Of a DNA stretch of 43,846 nt, positions 8,944 to 15,623 are shown one piece after another. This stretch comes from a virus. The position numbers and the translations under genes are program-made. The DNA is taken from IMG/VR virus record IMGVR_UViG_3300037421_000071; one strand, written 5' to 3'. The notes under the pieces were generated by a model. It did not search any database and was not told where the DNA came from. It was given only the letters and a program-made list of their open reading frames with translations. Position 1 is the stretch's first letter; every line of letters starts with the position of its first letter.

Positions 8944-9199
8944 CGGTGGTTACCGTGTGTTCGATGGTACCCGCGACATGCATGACTGCTTTGCCATCGA
9001 AACGCTCTGCGAGATGCTCAATAGCCCACGGCTTTCCTTCCATAGCGGCAGCGACGAGCTTATCTGCGCATCTATCAAGTCCGCGATCGATATCGTTCCC
9101 TGCTCTCGATAAGGCACGCCTAAGAGCTTCCCGCCAGCGACGGCCTTCTCTCGCGTTGTCATTTCCTTCAGGAGCGCCTCTGTCAGCCATTTGATTCAC
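8870..9199 (-). CDS. terS: terminase small subunit (putative)
   Basis: 109 aa immediately upstream of terL and overlapping it. The N-terminal APEGNDNAREG resembles the GNxNA motif of small terminases. The start (GTG 9199 or ATG 9190) is uncertain. Confidence 0.5.
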   Translation of the reverse strand: MNQMADRGAPEGNDNAREGRRWREALRRALSRAGNDIDRGLDRCADKLVAAAMEGKPWAIEHLAERFDGKAVMHVAGTIEHTVTTGDTATLAERLGRHITTATREDTVQ

Positions 9200-9219
9200 G
9201 GGTCAAACAATTGAGCGAG

Positions 9220-9312
9220 TTACGCTTTCTCGTCATCCTCGGGTTCATCGACTGGCGGCGGGTCGTTACCCGGCTCGAGTGGTTCGGGATCGTTGCCGGG
9301 GCGCTCAGGCAT
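9220..9312 (-). CDS. 30-aa acidic proline-rich micro-ORF (tentative)
   Basis: Hand translation gives MPERPGNDPEPLEPGNDPPPVDEPEDDEKA. Its ATG overlaps the upstream stop as TGATG. It is below the ORF-track size cutoff and contains the internal repeat PGNDPxP. Confidence 0.3.
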   Translation of the reverse strand: MPERPGNDPEPLEPGNDPPPVDEPEDDEKA

Positions 9313-9563
9313 CAGTCATCTCCGCTGTATGGCTGGGGTGATCCGACGCTACCCGGCTCTACGGGGTTAACCGCCCCGTGTGCGCTTACACTATCCCCCA
9401 TCATTTCCTCATCAAGCAACGCGCTTTGATAACCGATCCAAGCCCATTTGGTCTCAAGCGACAGATATAAGTCGCCGGTCGTCGCGCCGTTCTGTCGCTT
9501 GAGATCCAGACCTGCCTGTCCTGCCCAGCGCTCGAATCGGATCTGTACCAACTCAGTCATCAT
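9312..9563 (-). CDS. hypothetical protein
   Basis: 83-aa ORF chained to its neighbours by overlapping stop/start codons. It ends ...YSGDD, like the upstream gene. Confidence 0.5.
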   Translation of the reverse strand: MMTELVQIRFERWAGQAGLDLKRQNGATTGDLYLSLETKWAWIGYQSALLDEEMMGDSVSAHGAVNPVEPGSVGSPQPYSGDD

Positions 9564-9796
9564 CAGTCATCCCCGCTGTAGCCGTGGTATCCGCCGTACG
9601 CCGTTTTCGGGCCGTAGGACTCCCTGCTGCGTTTGGTGTAGAGCCCGAGGCGGTGCGGCAGATCCTTGTTGTTGCGGTGAGCGATGGTGGCATCGAGGTC
9701 GTAGTCGCCGGTGAGGTTGGGGAGTCCGCGCCAAGCACGTGGTGCGCACTGGTGGCAGTGATCAGCTCCGAGGGCTTTCATGGTGCTGTATCTCAT
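9563..9796 (-). CDS. hypothetical Cys/His-containing protein
   Basis: 77-aa ORF with an ATGA overlap to the upstream gene. Contains DHCHQC and ends ...YSGDD. Confidence 0.5.
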   Translation of the reverse strand: MRYSTMKALGADHCHQCAPRAWRGLPNLTGDYDLDATIAHRNNKDLPHRLGLYTKRSRESYGPKTAYGGYHGYSGDD

Positions 9797-10029
9797 CGTC
9801 GTAGCCTCGCGTACTTGGAGCTTGGGTGATATCCCCCACCAGTTCTCCGGTGGGCGTTAGCGTCGGCGTATGACAGCATCCTTTTCGCTGCGTCCATTGC
9901 CTGCCACTCACTTTCGCAACACACTGAGAGCCACCGTCCCCCGAGCCAGTGGTGCAGTCCCTCTTGCTGGCACTTCGCGCACGTGAGTGTTACCGGTAGC
10001 GGCACCTTGGACGTACATGAAACACCCAC
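9793..10029 (-). CDS. hypothetical Cys-rich protein
   Basis: 78-aa ORF (GTG start) with CAKC...CC. It overlaps the preceding gene by up to 40 nt, and its stop overlaps the next ATG. Confidence 0.4.
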   Translation of the reverse strand: MGVSCTSKVPLPVTLTCAKCQQEGLHHWLGGRWLSVCCESEWQAMDAAKRMLSYADANAHRRTGGGYHPSSKYARLRR

Positions 10030-10214
10030 GCCACGAGCATTGCAAGCGCGAACAACGCGAAGGTACTGGGTTCGGGGACCGAGGCGTTGGTGTGGAACGT
10101 CGCGGGCTTCGGGTCTTGGGGGTTAGAGATTTGGACCCATGCGACCGAGCCCGGGTAGCAGACGCCGAGGTGCGTGAAGTGGCTCTGTAGGTTCAGGCAT
10201 TCGTCCTGTGTCAT
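9990..10214 (-). CDS. small protein with PEP-CTERM-like C-terminus
   Basis: Called from ATG 10214 (MTQDECLNLQ...), which forms ATGA with the stop of an unlisted upstream 50-aa ORF. The C-terminus VPEPSTFALFALAMLVAWVFHVRPRCRYR has PEP, a hydrophobic helix and a basic tail. Confidence 0.5.
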   Translation of the reverse strand: MTQDECLNLQSHFTHLGVCYPGSVAWVQISNPQDPKPATFHTNASVPEPSTFALFALAMLVAWVFHVRPRCRYR

Positions 10215-10363
10215 CGTCGGTCCCTCCACATGACGTGATAGCGCATGTTCATGTTCTGGCGGTGATAGGTTCTGATTCGTTCGCGCCACAACCACCGTTC
10301 AGCGGGTCGTGCCCACAACTGGCGCGGATCGGGCGGGGTTTTCTGTTCGGTGATGTGCATCAT
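10211..10363 (-). CDS. 50-aa basic Trp/Arg-rich micro-ORF (tentative)
   Basis: Hand translation gives MMHITEQKTPPDPRQLWARPAERWLWRERIRTYHRQNMNMRYHVMWRDRR. Its start overlaps the VRR-NUC stop and its stop overlaps the next ATG (ATGA). It fills an otherwise unexplained 64-nt gap. Confidence 0.4.
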   Translation of the reverse strand: MMHITEQKTPPDPRQLWARPAERWLWRERIRTYHRQNMNMRYHVMWRDRR

Positions 10364-10662
10364 GCGCTCTCCAGGTACGCGAGTCGAATGGACTGGACCC
10401 AGGCGTAGGCTTCATCGCGGTTGTGGAGGACGACTACTGTGGCGCCGCGCCAGCCGCTGTAGTACTCACACTGTTCGGCCGAGAGGGTTTCCTTGCCGGT
10501 CTTGCACTCGACGCTGTAGGTACGCCCGAGGAGGCCGACTTCGAGGTCTGCGCCCTTGTCGCCGACTTGGCTCAAGTCGCGTACGGAGCAGCCGAGGTCC
10601 TCGAGTGCGGTGACGATTTCGCGGTGGGATTCATCGCGGCGGTGGTGGTTGAACCGACTCAA
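10360..10662 (-). CDS. VRR-NUC-type PD-(D/E)XK nuclease
   Basis: 100 aa with GDKGADLEVGLLGRTYSVECKTGKETLSAEQ (D...E-x-K then S..Q), followed by VVVLHNRDEAYAWV. This is the VRR-NUC layout. Confidence 0.65.
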   Translation of the reverse strand: MSRFNHHRRDESHREIVTALEDLGCSVRDLSQVGDKGADLEVGLLGRTYSVECKTGKETLSAEQCEYYSGWRGATVVVLHNRDEAYAWVQSIRLAYLESA

Positions 10663-10973
10663 AACGGCTTCTCCGGCAGCGGGTCATCGAAGGGGAGTTT
10701 CTCGAGCGGTGAGAGCAGATCCTGTGACCCCCCTACTTCCGCTTTTTGCCCAGCCTTTGAGGCGTTCTTCACCTCCTGGCCTCCGCTGATGAAGCCGCAG
10801 AGGCACTTACGCGTGCCGGTGCCATCGCCGGCGTCCTGTTCTTCGATCCACGCCTGGACGTTGTAGGCGGTGGGTGGGACGCCGGGGACTAGGAGTGTGC
10901 CGGTATAGCGCGGGTGCTGCGGGTCGCAGTTCGGCGAGCGGAAGAGGCGCAGGTGAGTGGTGGGGCGTTTCAA
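10659..10973 (-). CDS. hypothetical protein with disordered linker and acidic ...FDDPLPEKPF tail
   Basis: 104-aa ORF chained by 4-nt overlaps. A short N-terminal domain is followed by a G/Q/K/A-rich linker, then LPFDDPLPEKPF at the C-terminus. Confidence 0.5.
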   Translation of the reverse strand: MKRPTTHLRLFRSPNCDPQHPRYTGTLLVPGVPPTAYNVQAWIEEQDAGDGTGTRKCLCGFISGGQEVKNASKAGQKAEVGGSQDLLSPLEKLPFDDPLPEKPF

Positions 10974-11302
10974 AACGGCACCCTGCCTTGTGGGTCAGCG
11001 TTGCCGATCAGGTCGTCCCAGATTTGCTTCTGGATCTCGGTAGGGACTTCGCCGAGGTTGTTGTCAGCGATATCGAGCATTTCGGCGACCCAGGCGTTTT
11101 TAGCGGCGACGATGCGGTACACGTTGGCGATCCACTCTGGCGAGGCATCGGCGTTTGGGGATTCTTCGCGGGTGGTGTTCTTCATCGCCAAGTAGGAAGC
11201 TGGCACGCCGTAGCATCGTGGATCCCGGGCGATTCTTGCTCGGAAATACGCGAGCAGATGGAAGTTCGCCGCGACGGTCCAACGTTCGCGCAGCGTGTTC
11301 AT
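10970..11302 (-). CDS. hypothetical protein
   Basis: 110-aa ORF with 4-nt overlaps on both sides. Confidence 0.5.
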   Translation of the reverse strand: MNTLRERWTVAANFHLLAYFRARIARDPRCYGVPASYLAMKNTTREESPNADASPEWIANVYRIVAAKNAWVAEMLDIADNNLGEVPTEIQKQIWDDLIGNADPQGRVPF

Positions 11303-12060
11303 GCTGCACCCGAAGCGGACTCGTAAGCCTCGCGGAAGCGACTTTCGAGATCGCCCGTAGTGAAGCGATCACGCCCGGCGATCAGGCGGCAGCCGTGATC
11401 GAAATCTCCGTTGCCGAGCTCCGTAATGGCTTGGATCGTGGCGGGGTCAGCGCTGAAGCGTTCGCGCACGTACGCCCAAGTGAGCCGCTGCTCCGCGGGG
11501 AGTGAGGCCGTCTTTGCGACGGTATCTATGGGATGTGGCGCTTCCCTCCAGGCCACCAAGCTCGAGTTCCGAGTCTCTCTCGGTTTTCTCCCCCCATTGG
11601 CCGTTAGGCCAAGTCGGCCCCCTTGAGGGGGTTGGGGGTGTTCTTCTTCTTCTAGAGATGGAGATAGAGATAGAGTGTTAAGCCTGGCTTTAACTCGGCT
11701 TAAGGGTGGCTTCGAGCCAGGAGCAAGCCTGGCTTGCACACCACGACGGCCTGCCTCACTCAGTGCATCTCTTCTTGCTATAGCCGCAAGCCTATGTTGT
11801 TCAAGACGAAAGTTCTGTAGCTTGCCATCGCCAATGTCCGGGAATTTCGTCGAGACTAGCGGCCAAAATTTACGGAAGATGCGCACATCCATTCGAGCGG
11901 CACGTGCGAGCAACTTTTCATTGTTGGGAAGCGTTCCTGCTGACCATTGAGCGTCTAACAGCGACCGGTAAAGCGCCCTCTCCTGCCAGCAGAAGGTCGC
12001 CGTAGACGATCGAAATTGGTCCGGGTACCACGGCATCATCGGCAGCTCACGGTTGCTCAC
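11299..12060 (-). CDS. DUF1376-family protein (replication-associated, putative)
   Basis: The N-terminus LPMMPWYPDQFRSSTATFCWQERALYRSLLDAQWSAGTLPNNEKLLARAA matches the DUF1376 pattern seen in phage replication modules. Confidence 0.6.
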   Translation of the reverse strand: MSNRELPMMPWYPDQFRSSTATFCWQERALYRSLLDAQWSAGTLPNNEKLLARAARMDVRIFRKFWPLVSTKFPDIGDGKLQNFRLEQHRLAAIARRDALSEAGRRGVQARLAPGSKPPLSRVKARLNTLSLSPSLEEEEHPQPPQGGRLGLTANGGRKPRETRNSSLVAWREAPHPIDTVAKTASLPAEQRLTWAYVRERFSADPATIQAITELGNGDFDHGCRLIAGRDRFTTGDLESRFREAYESASGAA

Positions 12061-12075
12061 CCGCCGACGTCCCCA

Positions 12076-12288
12076 TCACTTCGGGGCGCCGTTGCGCTTC
12101 TTAGGCTTAAACTCCGGCGCGTAGATGCCCTCCCAGGTGACCGGGGAGTCGTCCACGATGCGCTGCGCCACCGGTGGACGCGGGCGCCGAGTGCGCTGCC
12201 GGTACGCGAGAGCCGATCGCTCTGTGACGCCGAACTTCCGGGCGAAATCGCGAACTCCGAGCAGTCGGATGTACTCAGGCAGTTCCAT
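12076..12288 (-). CDS. Cro-like helix-turn-helix regulator
   Basis: Called from ATG 12288 (MELPEYIRLLGVRDFARKFGVTERSALAYRQR...), 70 aa. It has an HTH-like segment, is the first gene of the leftward arm, and is divergent from the XRE gene. Confidence 0.55.
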   Translation of the reverse strand: MELPEYIRLLGVRDFARKFGVTERSALAYRQRTRRPRPPVAQRIVDDSPVTWEGIYAPEFKPKKRNGAPK

Positions 12289-12296
12289 TGTGGCCG

Positions 12297-12325
12297 GTTT
12301 TAACACATACTGTGTAGGATGGCAA
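12297..12325 (-). promoter_or_regulatory. sigma70-like leftward promoter (putative)
   Basis: On the minus strand: TTGCCA (12325-12320), a 17-nt spacer, then TAAAAC (12302-12297). The Cro-like ATG at 12288 lies 8 nt after the -10, which would make the mRNA leaderless. Operator O1 fills the spacer. Confidence 0.4.
12303..12315. promoter_or_regulatory. operator-like 13-mer O1 (ACACATACTGTGT)
   Basis: Inverted arms ACAC/GTGT separated by 5 nt. One of four such 13-mers, all confined to the two early regulatory gaps. Confidence 0.5.
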
Positions 12326-12371
12326 TAGAACCGCACACGATTCGTTCGTGGCAGGGTCGCCTACCGTTCCA

Positions 12372-12384
12372 GCACAATTTGTGT
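12372..12384. promoter_or_regulatory. operator-like 13-mer O2 (GCACAATTTGTGT)
   Basis: CACAA-T-TTGTG palindrome abutting the XRE gene ATG at 12385. It overlaps a -10-like CACAAT (12373-12378). Confidence 0.45.
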
Positions 12385-12687
12385 ATGGGGAAGGGGAAAA
12401 AGACGGCCGAGGCGGTGCTTTGCGGCCAGCGCATGCGCGAAGCTCGAGGCGACCGCAGTCAGTCAGAGTTCGCCAAACTCCTGGGGATCCTCCCCTCGAC
12501 GCTCGGAAACTACGAGCAGGGCCTCAGAAAACTCCCTATAAGGCTCGCTGTGCGCGCCCAGCAGGCGACCGGCGTCCCGGCGGCCTATCTCATGGGTCTC
12601 GTCGATGAGGCCGACAGGGACCTCTTAATGGCTCCTAACGGAGCCCGGGCCGCCCTCCTCTCGGCTATACGTCAGCTTCAGCCCTAG
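12385..12687 (+). CDS. XRE-family HTH transcriptional regulator (CI-like)
   Basis: Called from ATG 12385 (MGKGKKTAEAVLCGQRMREARGDRSQSEFAKLLGILPSTLGNYEQGLRKLP). This is the classic XRE HTH (SQ.EfA..lG....tl..yE.G.r.P). Confidence 0.75.
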   Translation: MGKGKKTAEAVLCGQRMREARGDRSQSEFAKLLGILPSTLGNYEQGLRKLPIRLAVRAQQATGVPAAYLMGLVDEADRDLLMAPNGARAALLSAIRQLQP

Positions 12688-12748
12688 CTTAGAAACCCGC
12701 CCTTCTTTCGCCTGATCCTTCTGGATCTCAGACGCTCGACTATTGGAA

Positions 12749-12761
12749 ACACGTTATGTGT
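12749..12761. promoter_or_regulatory. operator-like 13-mer O3 (ACACGTTATGTGT)
   Basis: Same ACAC-N5-GTGT architecture. It abuts the -35 of the rightward early promoter. Confidence 0.5.
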
Positions 12762-12789
12762 TGACAGAGGCACACGCTTTGTGTAGCCT
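12761..12789 (+). promoter_or_regulatory. sigma70-like rightward early promoter (putative)
   Basis: TTGACA (12761-12766), a 17-nt spacer, then TAGCCT (12784-12789). It is flanked and overlapped by O3 and O4, and an ATG follows 6 nt after the -10. Confidence 0.45.
12772..12784. promoter_or_regulatory. operator-like 13-mer O4 (ACACGCTTTGTGT)
   Basis: Same architecture, with its centre 23 bp from O3. It lies in the spacer and touches the -10. Confidence 0.5.
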
Positions 12790-12795
12790 CCCCAC

Positions 12796-12909
12796 ATGAT
12801 CTCCTCCCGCATCCTTCGCTTCCGCCAGTACCGCGCCGTCACGGCGTGGATGTACGGGCGCCCGCGGTTCTGGCGCTCGCTGCGTCACGCGCTACGGAGC
12901 CCGCGATGA
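12796..12909 (+). CDS. 37-aa Arg-rich micro-ORF, possibly leaderless (tentative)
   Basis: Hand translation gives MISSRILRFRQYRAVTAWMYGRPRFWRSLRHALRSPR. The ATG lies 6 nt after the -10, and the stop overlaps the next ATG (ATGA at 12906-12909). Confidence 0.3.
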   Translation: MISSRILRFRQYRAVTAWMYGRPRFWRSLRHALRSPR

Positions 12910-13133
12910 AGACGCTCGAGCTCTTCCCGGAATGCGATGCGCAGCATGACCCGCCCTGTCACGCCGACTCGCGCTGCACCGTCTGCTACACGCCGGAATT
13001 CATCGCAGACACCGAGAGCTTCCATGAAGCGTGCGACGACGACAAACGGGATGAGGACGATACCCACTACTGGTACTGGGACGACAACGACTACGCCGAG
13101 CAGGTCTGTATCAAGCGCAAGGGTGAGTTATGA
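12906..13133 (+). CDS. hypothetical acidic Cys-containing early protein
   Basis: Called from ATG 12906 (MKTLELFPECDAQHDPPCHADSRCTVCY...DDDKRDEDDTHYWYWDDNDY), 75 aa. The stop overlaps the next ATG. Confidence 0.5.
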   Translation: MKTLELFPECDAQHDPPCHADSRCTVCYTPEFIADTESFHEACDDDKRDEDDTHYWYWDDNDYAEQVCIKRKGEL

Positions 13134-13342
13134 GAACCGCTGCCGAACTGTGCCTTGAGGCCTGTGAGCTCGGCGATGAGGCGATCAAGACCGCGGGCCG
13201 AGCTAACACGCTTGCGCTCGATGATCCGCAGCGCTGGCAGCTATCGCATCGCATGTTCGCGATCAACCGGCGCCTGAAAGCGATCGCCGAGGAAATTCAA
13301 CTCAACGACGAGGCTCAACATGAAAGTCGCTCTGTTTCGTGA
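13130..13342 (+). CDS. hypothetical early protein
   Basis: 70-aa ORF with an ATGA overlap to the upstream gene. Confidence 0.5.
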   Translation: MRTAAELCLEACELGDEAIKTAGRANTLALDDPQRWQLSHRMFAINRRLKAIAEEIQLNDEAQHESRSVS

Positions 13343-13571
13343 TCCGTTTGACCACGTACATCCCTGGAAGGACGTCCCTTACAGCGGCGGTTATGTACAG
13401 GTCTCTGGTTGGGTTGATATCGAGTTCCCAGCACTCACTGACGCTGAGAGGAAAGTGGCCGATGATCTGACCGAACTCAACAAGCGTCAGGTAGCCGTCG
13501 ATGCCGACTTCCGCCGCCAGAGGAAGGCGCTTGAGGAAGAGCGCGCGGCACTTCTCAAGACCGGCACATGA
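13320..13571 (+). CDS. hypothetical early protein
   Basis: 83-aa ORF with an ATG start that overlaps the previous gene by 23 nt. Confidence 0.5.
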   Translation: MKVALFRDPFDHVHPWKDVPYSGGYVQVSGWVDIEFPALTDAERKVADDLTELNKRQVAVDADFRRQRKALEEERAALLKTGT

Positions 13572-13705
13572 AACTCTTGCGCGCCTGGCACGCGTGGAAC
13601 TGGAATCGAATGGTGCGGCGGCATCGGCGCTGGTTAAGGAAGAACAAGGTTCTGATGACGCCGCATCACTCGACCCGACGTAACACAACTGAGGCTGTCA
13701 CATGA
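13568..13705 (+). CDS. 45-aa basic Trp-rich micro-ORF (tentative)
   Basis: Hand translation gives MKLLRAWHAWNWNRMVRRHRRWLRKNKVLMTPHHSTRRNTTEAVT. It has ATGA overlaps at both ends (13568-13571 and 13702-13705) and fills a 130-nt gap in the track. Confidence 0.4.
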   Translation: MKLLRAWHAWNWNRMVRRHRRWLRKNKVLMTPHHSTRRNTTEAVT

Positions 13706-13902
13706 GTGTTCCCAAGATCATCACGGACTACTGGCTAAAGCCGATTCCCGACCGACGCTTCGACTGGTCGGCGACGACGGAGAACTACGAAGCCTGGGTT
13801 GAAGACGGGGAATGGACCTCTACGCATCCCATCGGCTACGGCCGCACCGAAGAAGAAGCGATCGCTGACCTCAAAGAGCAGATGGAAGATTTAGCTAGCT
13901 AA
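13702..13902 (+). CDS. hypothetical early protein
   Basis: 66-aa acidic ORF. Confidence 0.5.
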   Translation: MSVPKIITDYWLKPIPDRRFDWSATTENYEAWVEDGEWTSTHPIGYGRTEEEAIADLKEQMEDLAS

Positions 13903-13923
13903 CACCCAAAGGAGGGTAATCGC

Positions 13924-14925
13924 ATGGCTGGTTTCCGCAAAGCAAAGGCCGAACAGGCCGCACTGAAGATGGGCGTCTATGGACCGCCGGGGTCAGGCAA
14001 GACATTCACATCGCTCCTGATCGCTGAGGGCATCGCGAAGCTCACGAAGAAGCGCGTGGCGCTCGTCGATACCGAGCACGGCTCGGACTTCTACTGCCAG
14101 GCGGTGCCGACGCGCTCGATTCATCCCGAAGCATTCGACTTCGATGCGCTCTACACGCGCTCTATCACGGAGACGATGGCCGCGCTACGTAGTCTTTCGA
14201 CTGATGAGTACGGTATGGTCATCATCGATTCGATCACGCACCTGTGGCAGGCGTGCATGGAAGCCTACAGTGGTGGCCGCACGCGCGCCGATACCATACC
14301 AATGCACGCATGGGGCCGCATCAAAAAGCCCTACAAGGAACTGATGACCTTCGCGCTGTCCTCGCCCATGCACGTGATCATCTGCGGGCGTCAGGGCGTG
14401 GAGTACGCGACAAATGAAGAGACCGAGGAGCTGCAGGCGATCGGCGTCAAGATGAAGGCCGAAGGCGAGACGCCCTACGAGCCGCACATTCTGATTCGCA
14501 TGGAAGCGATCAAGCCAAAGAAAACCAACGAGAAGGCGATGATCGTGGCCTATGCGGAGAAGGACCGGACGGGCGTGCTCGCGGGTCGCAGCTTCATTGA
14601 CCCGACCTTCGAGACACTCTGCCGTCCGCTGTTGGGACTCCTCGGCGCGACTCAGGCACAGCTCGAATCGCTCGAGGCGACCGCAGTCAAGGATGCCGAG
14701 CAACTCGCCGCGGAAGAAACGCAGCGCGCGCAGCACTCGAGCGAGCTCGTGAAGGAGTGGACTTCAAAGATCAATCTCGCGAAGTCGTATGAAGCGCTGA
14801 AGTCGGTGGGCAATCTGATCACGCCCGAACTCAAGGCGCAGATGATCCCGGCCGATGTGGCGTCATTGCGCGAAGCCTATCAGGCGCGCGAGAAGGAACT
14901 GCCGAAGGCGGCAAGGGCGGCGTAA
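13924..14925 (+). CDS. Sak4-like RecA-fold ATPase (AAA_24 type; recombination/annealing-associated)
   Basis: AGGAGG lies 8 nt upstream of the ATG. Walker A VYGPPGSGKT and Walker B MVIIDSITHLW are present. The size and layout resemble phage Sak4/AAA_24 proteins. Confidence 0.7.
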   Translation: MAGFRKAKAEQAALKMGVYGPPGSGKTFTSLLIAEGIAKLTKKRVALVDTEHGSDFYCQAVPTRSIHPEAFDFDALYTRSITETMAALRSLSTDEYGMVIIDSITHLWQACMEAYSGGRTRADTIPMHAWGRIKKPYKELMTFALSSPMHVIICGRQGVEYATNEETEELQAIGVKMKAEGETPYEPHILIRMEAIKPKKTNEKAMIVAYAEKDRTGVLAGRSFIDPTFETLCRPLLGLLGATQAQLESLEATAVKDAEQLAAEETQRAQHSSELVKEWTSKINLAKSYEALKSVGNLITPELKAQMIPADVASLREAYQAREKELPKAARAA

Positions 14926-15170
14926 TGCGCGGCCGTCCGACCAGCATCCGCGAGCTCGATAAGTTCGAGATGCGGCTTGCGCGCGAGGCTGGTATCTCGA
15001 TTGATTGCATTGCCGGCATGTGGCACATCGGCAAGCGCCGGGTCCACGAGATCCTGGCCGAGCTACGAGCGAAGTTCGGCGCCGAGAAGCTCCCGCAACA
15101 CAAAAGACACCTTGTCCGTTTGAATTCCCGCAGATCATCGTCAACGTCCAGAACCTCGACTGAGACTTAG
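14925..15170 (+). CDS. small HTH-like DNA-binding protein (putative)
   Basis: 81 aa with a TAATG overlap to the Sak4 gene. SIDCIAGMWHIGKRRVHEILAEL resembles a helix-turn-helix. Confidence 0.4.
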   Translation: MRGRPTSIRELDKFEMRLAREAGISIDCIAGMWHIGKRRVHEILAELRAKFGAEKLPQHKRHLVRLNSRRSSSTSRTSTET

Positions 15171-15254
15171 GAAGTTCGCACATGCGATTAATCTCGCTGA
15201 AAGACTTGTCTTTGTATACATTATGCGAAGTAGCAGGTGCGATATATTCGGCTC

Positions 15255-15623
15255 ATGGGCCAGCCGCACAGCATCCTTTATGGTCTCTCGATCAAGCACA
15301 TAGCGGAGACTTGCGGAGTCAGTCTCAAGACCGCGAGCCGATGGAAAGCCGGGACAATCTGTCCCGGTTATTGCGAACTAGCGGTGCTCACGCGGGACCT
15401 CGGCTGCTTTGCGAAGGAATGGCAAGGCTGGACCGTGAACGGCCCCGATCTCGTCGCGCCTTCCGGCTGGTGCGTGAATCGGAACGACGCCCTCATCGTG
15501 CCGCTGATGCACTCGCAGATCGCCGCGCTGCGGGCGAAAATCGCGAGCCTTGAGGCGAGCCGCGATGACATCGAAGAACAGCCAGGACCCGGGGCAATTC
15601 CCGCCATCAACGCTTCGAGCTGA
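15255..15623 (+). CDS. DUF3653-like phage DNA-binding protein
   Basis: Called from ATG 15255. SIKHIAETCGVSLKTASRWKAG (HTH) followed by LGCFAKEWQGWTVNGPDLVAPSGW matches the DUF3653 pattern. TATATT lies 6 nt upstream of the ATG. Confidence 0.5.
   Translation: MGQPHSILYGLSIKHIAETCGVSLKTASRWKAGTICPGYCELAVLTRDLGCFAKEWQGWTVNGPDLVAPSGWCVNRNDALIVPLMHSQIAALRAKIASLEASRDDIEEQPGPGAIPAINASS

Noticed and set aside
12076-12687. Lysogeny module implying a temperate phage
   Set aside because: A CI/Cro-like pair and operators are present. But I found no integrase (tyrosine or serine recombinase motifs), excisionase, attP-like element or ParAB/plasmid maintenance genes anywhere in the closed genome. Temperate lifestyle is therefore not claimed.
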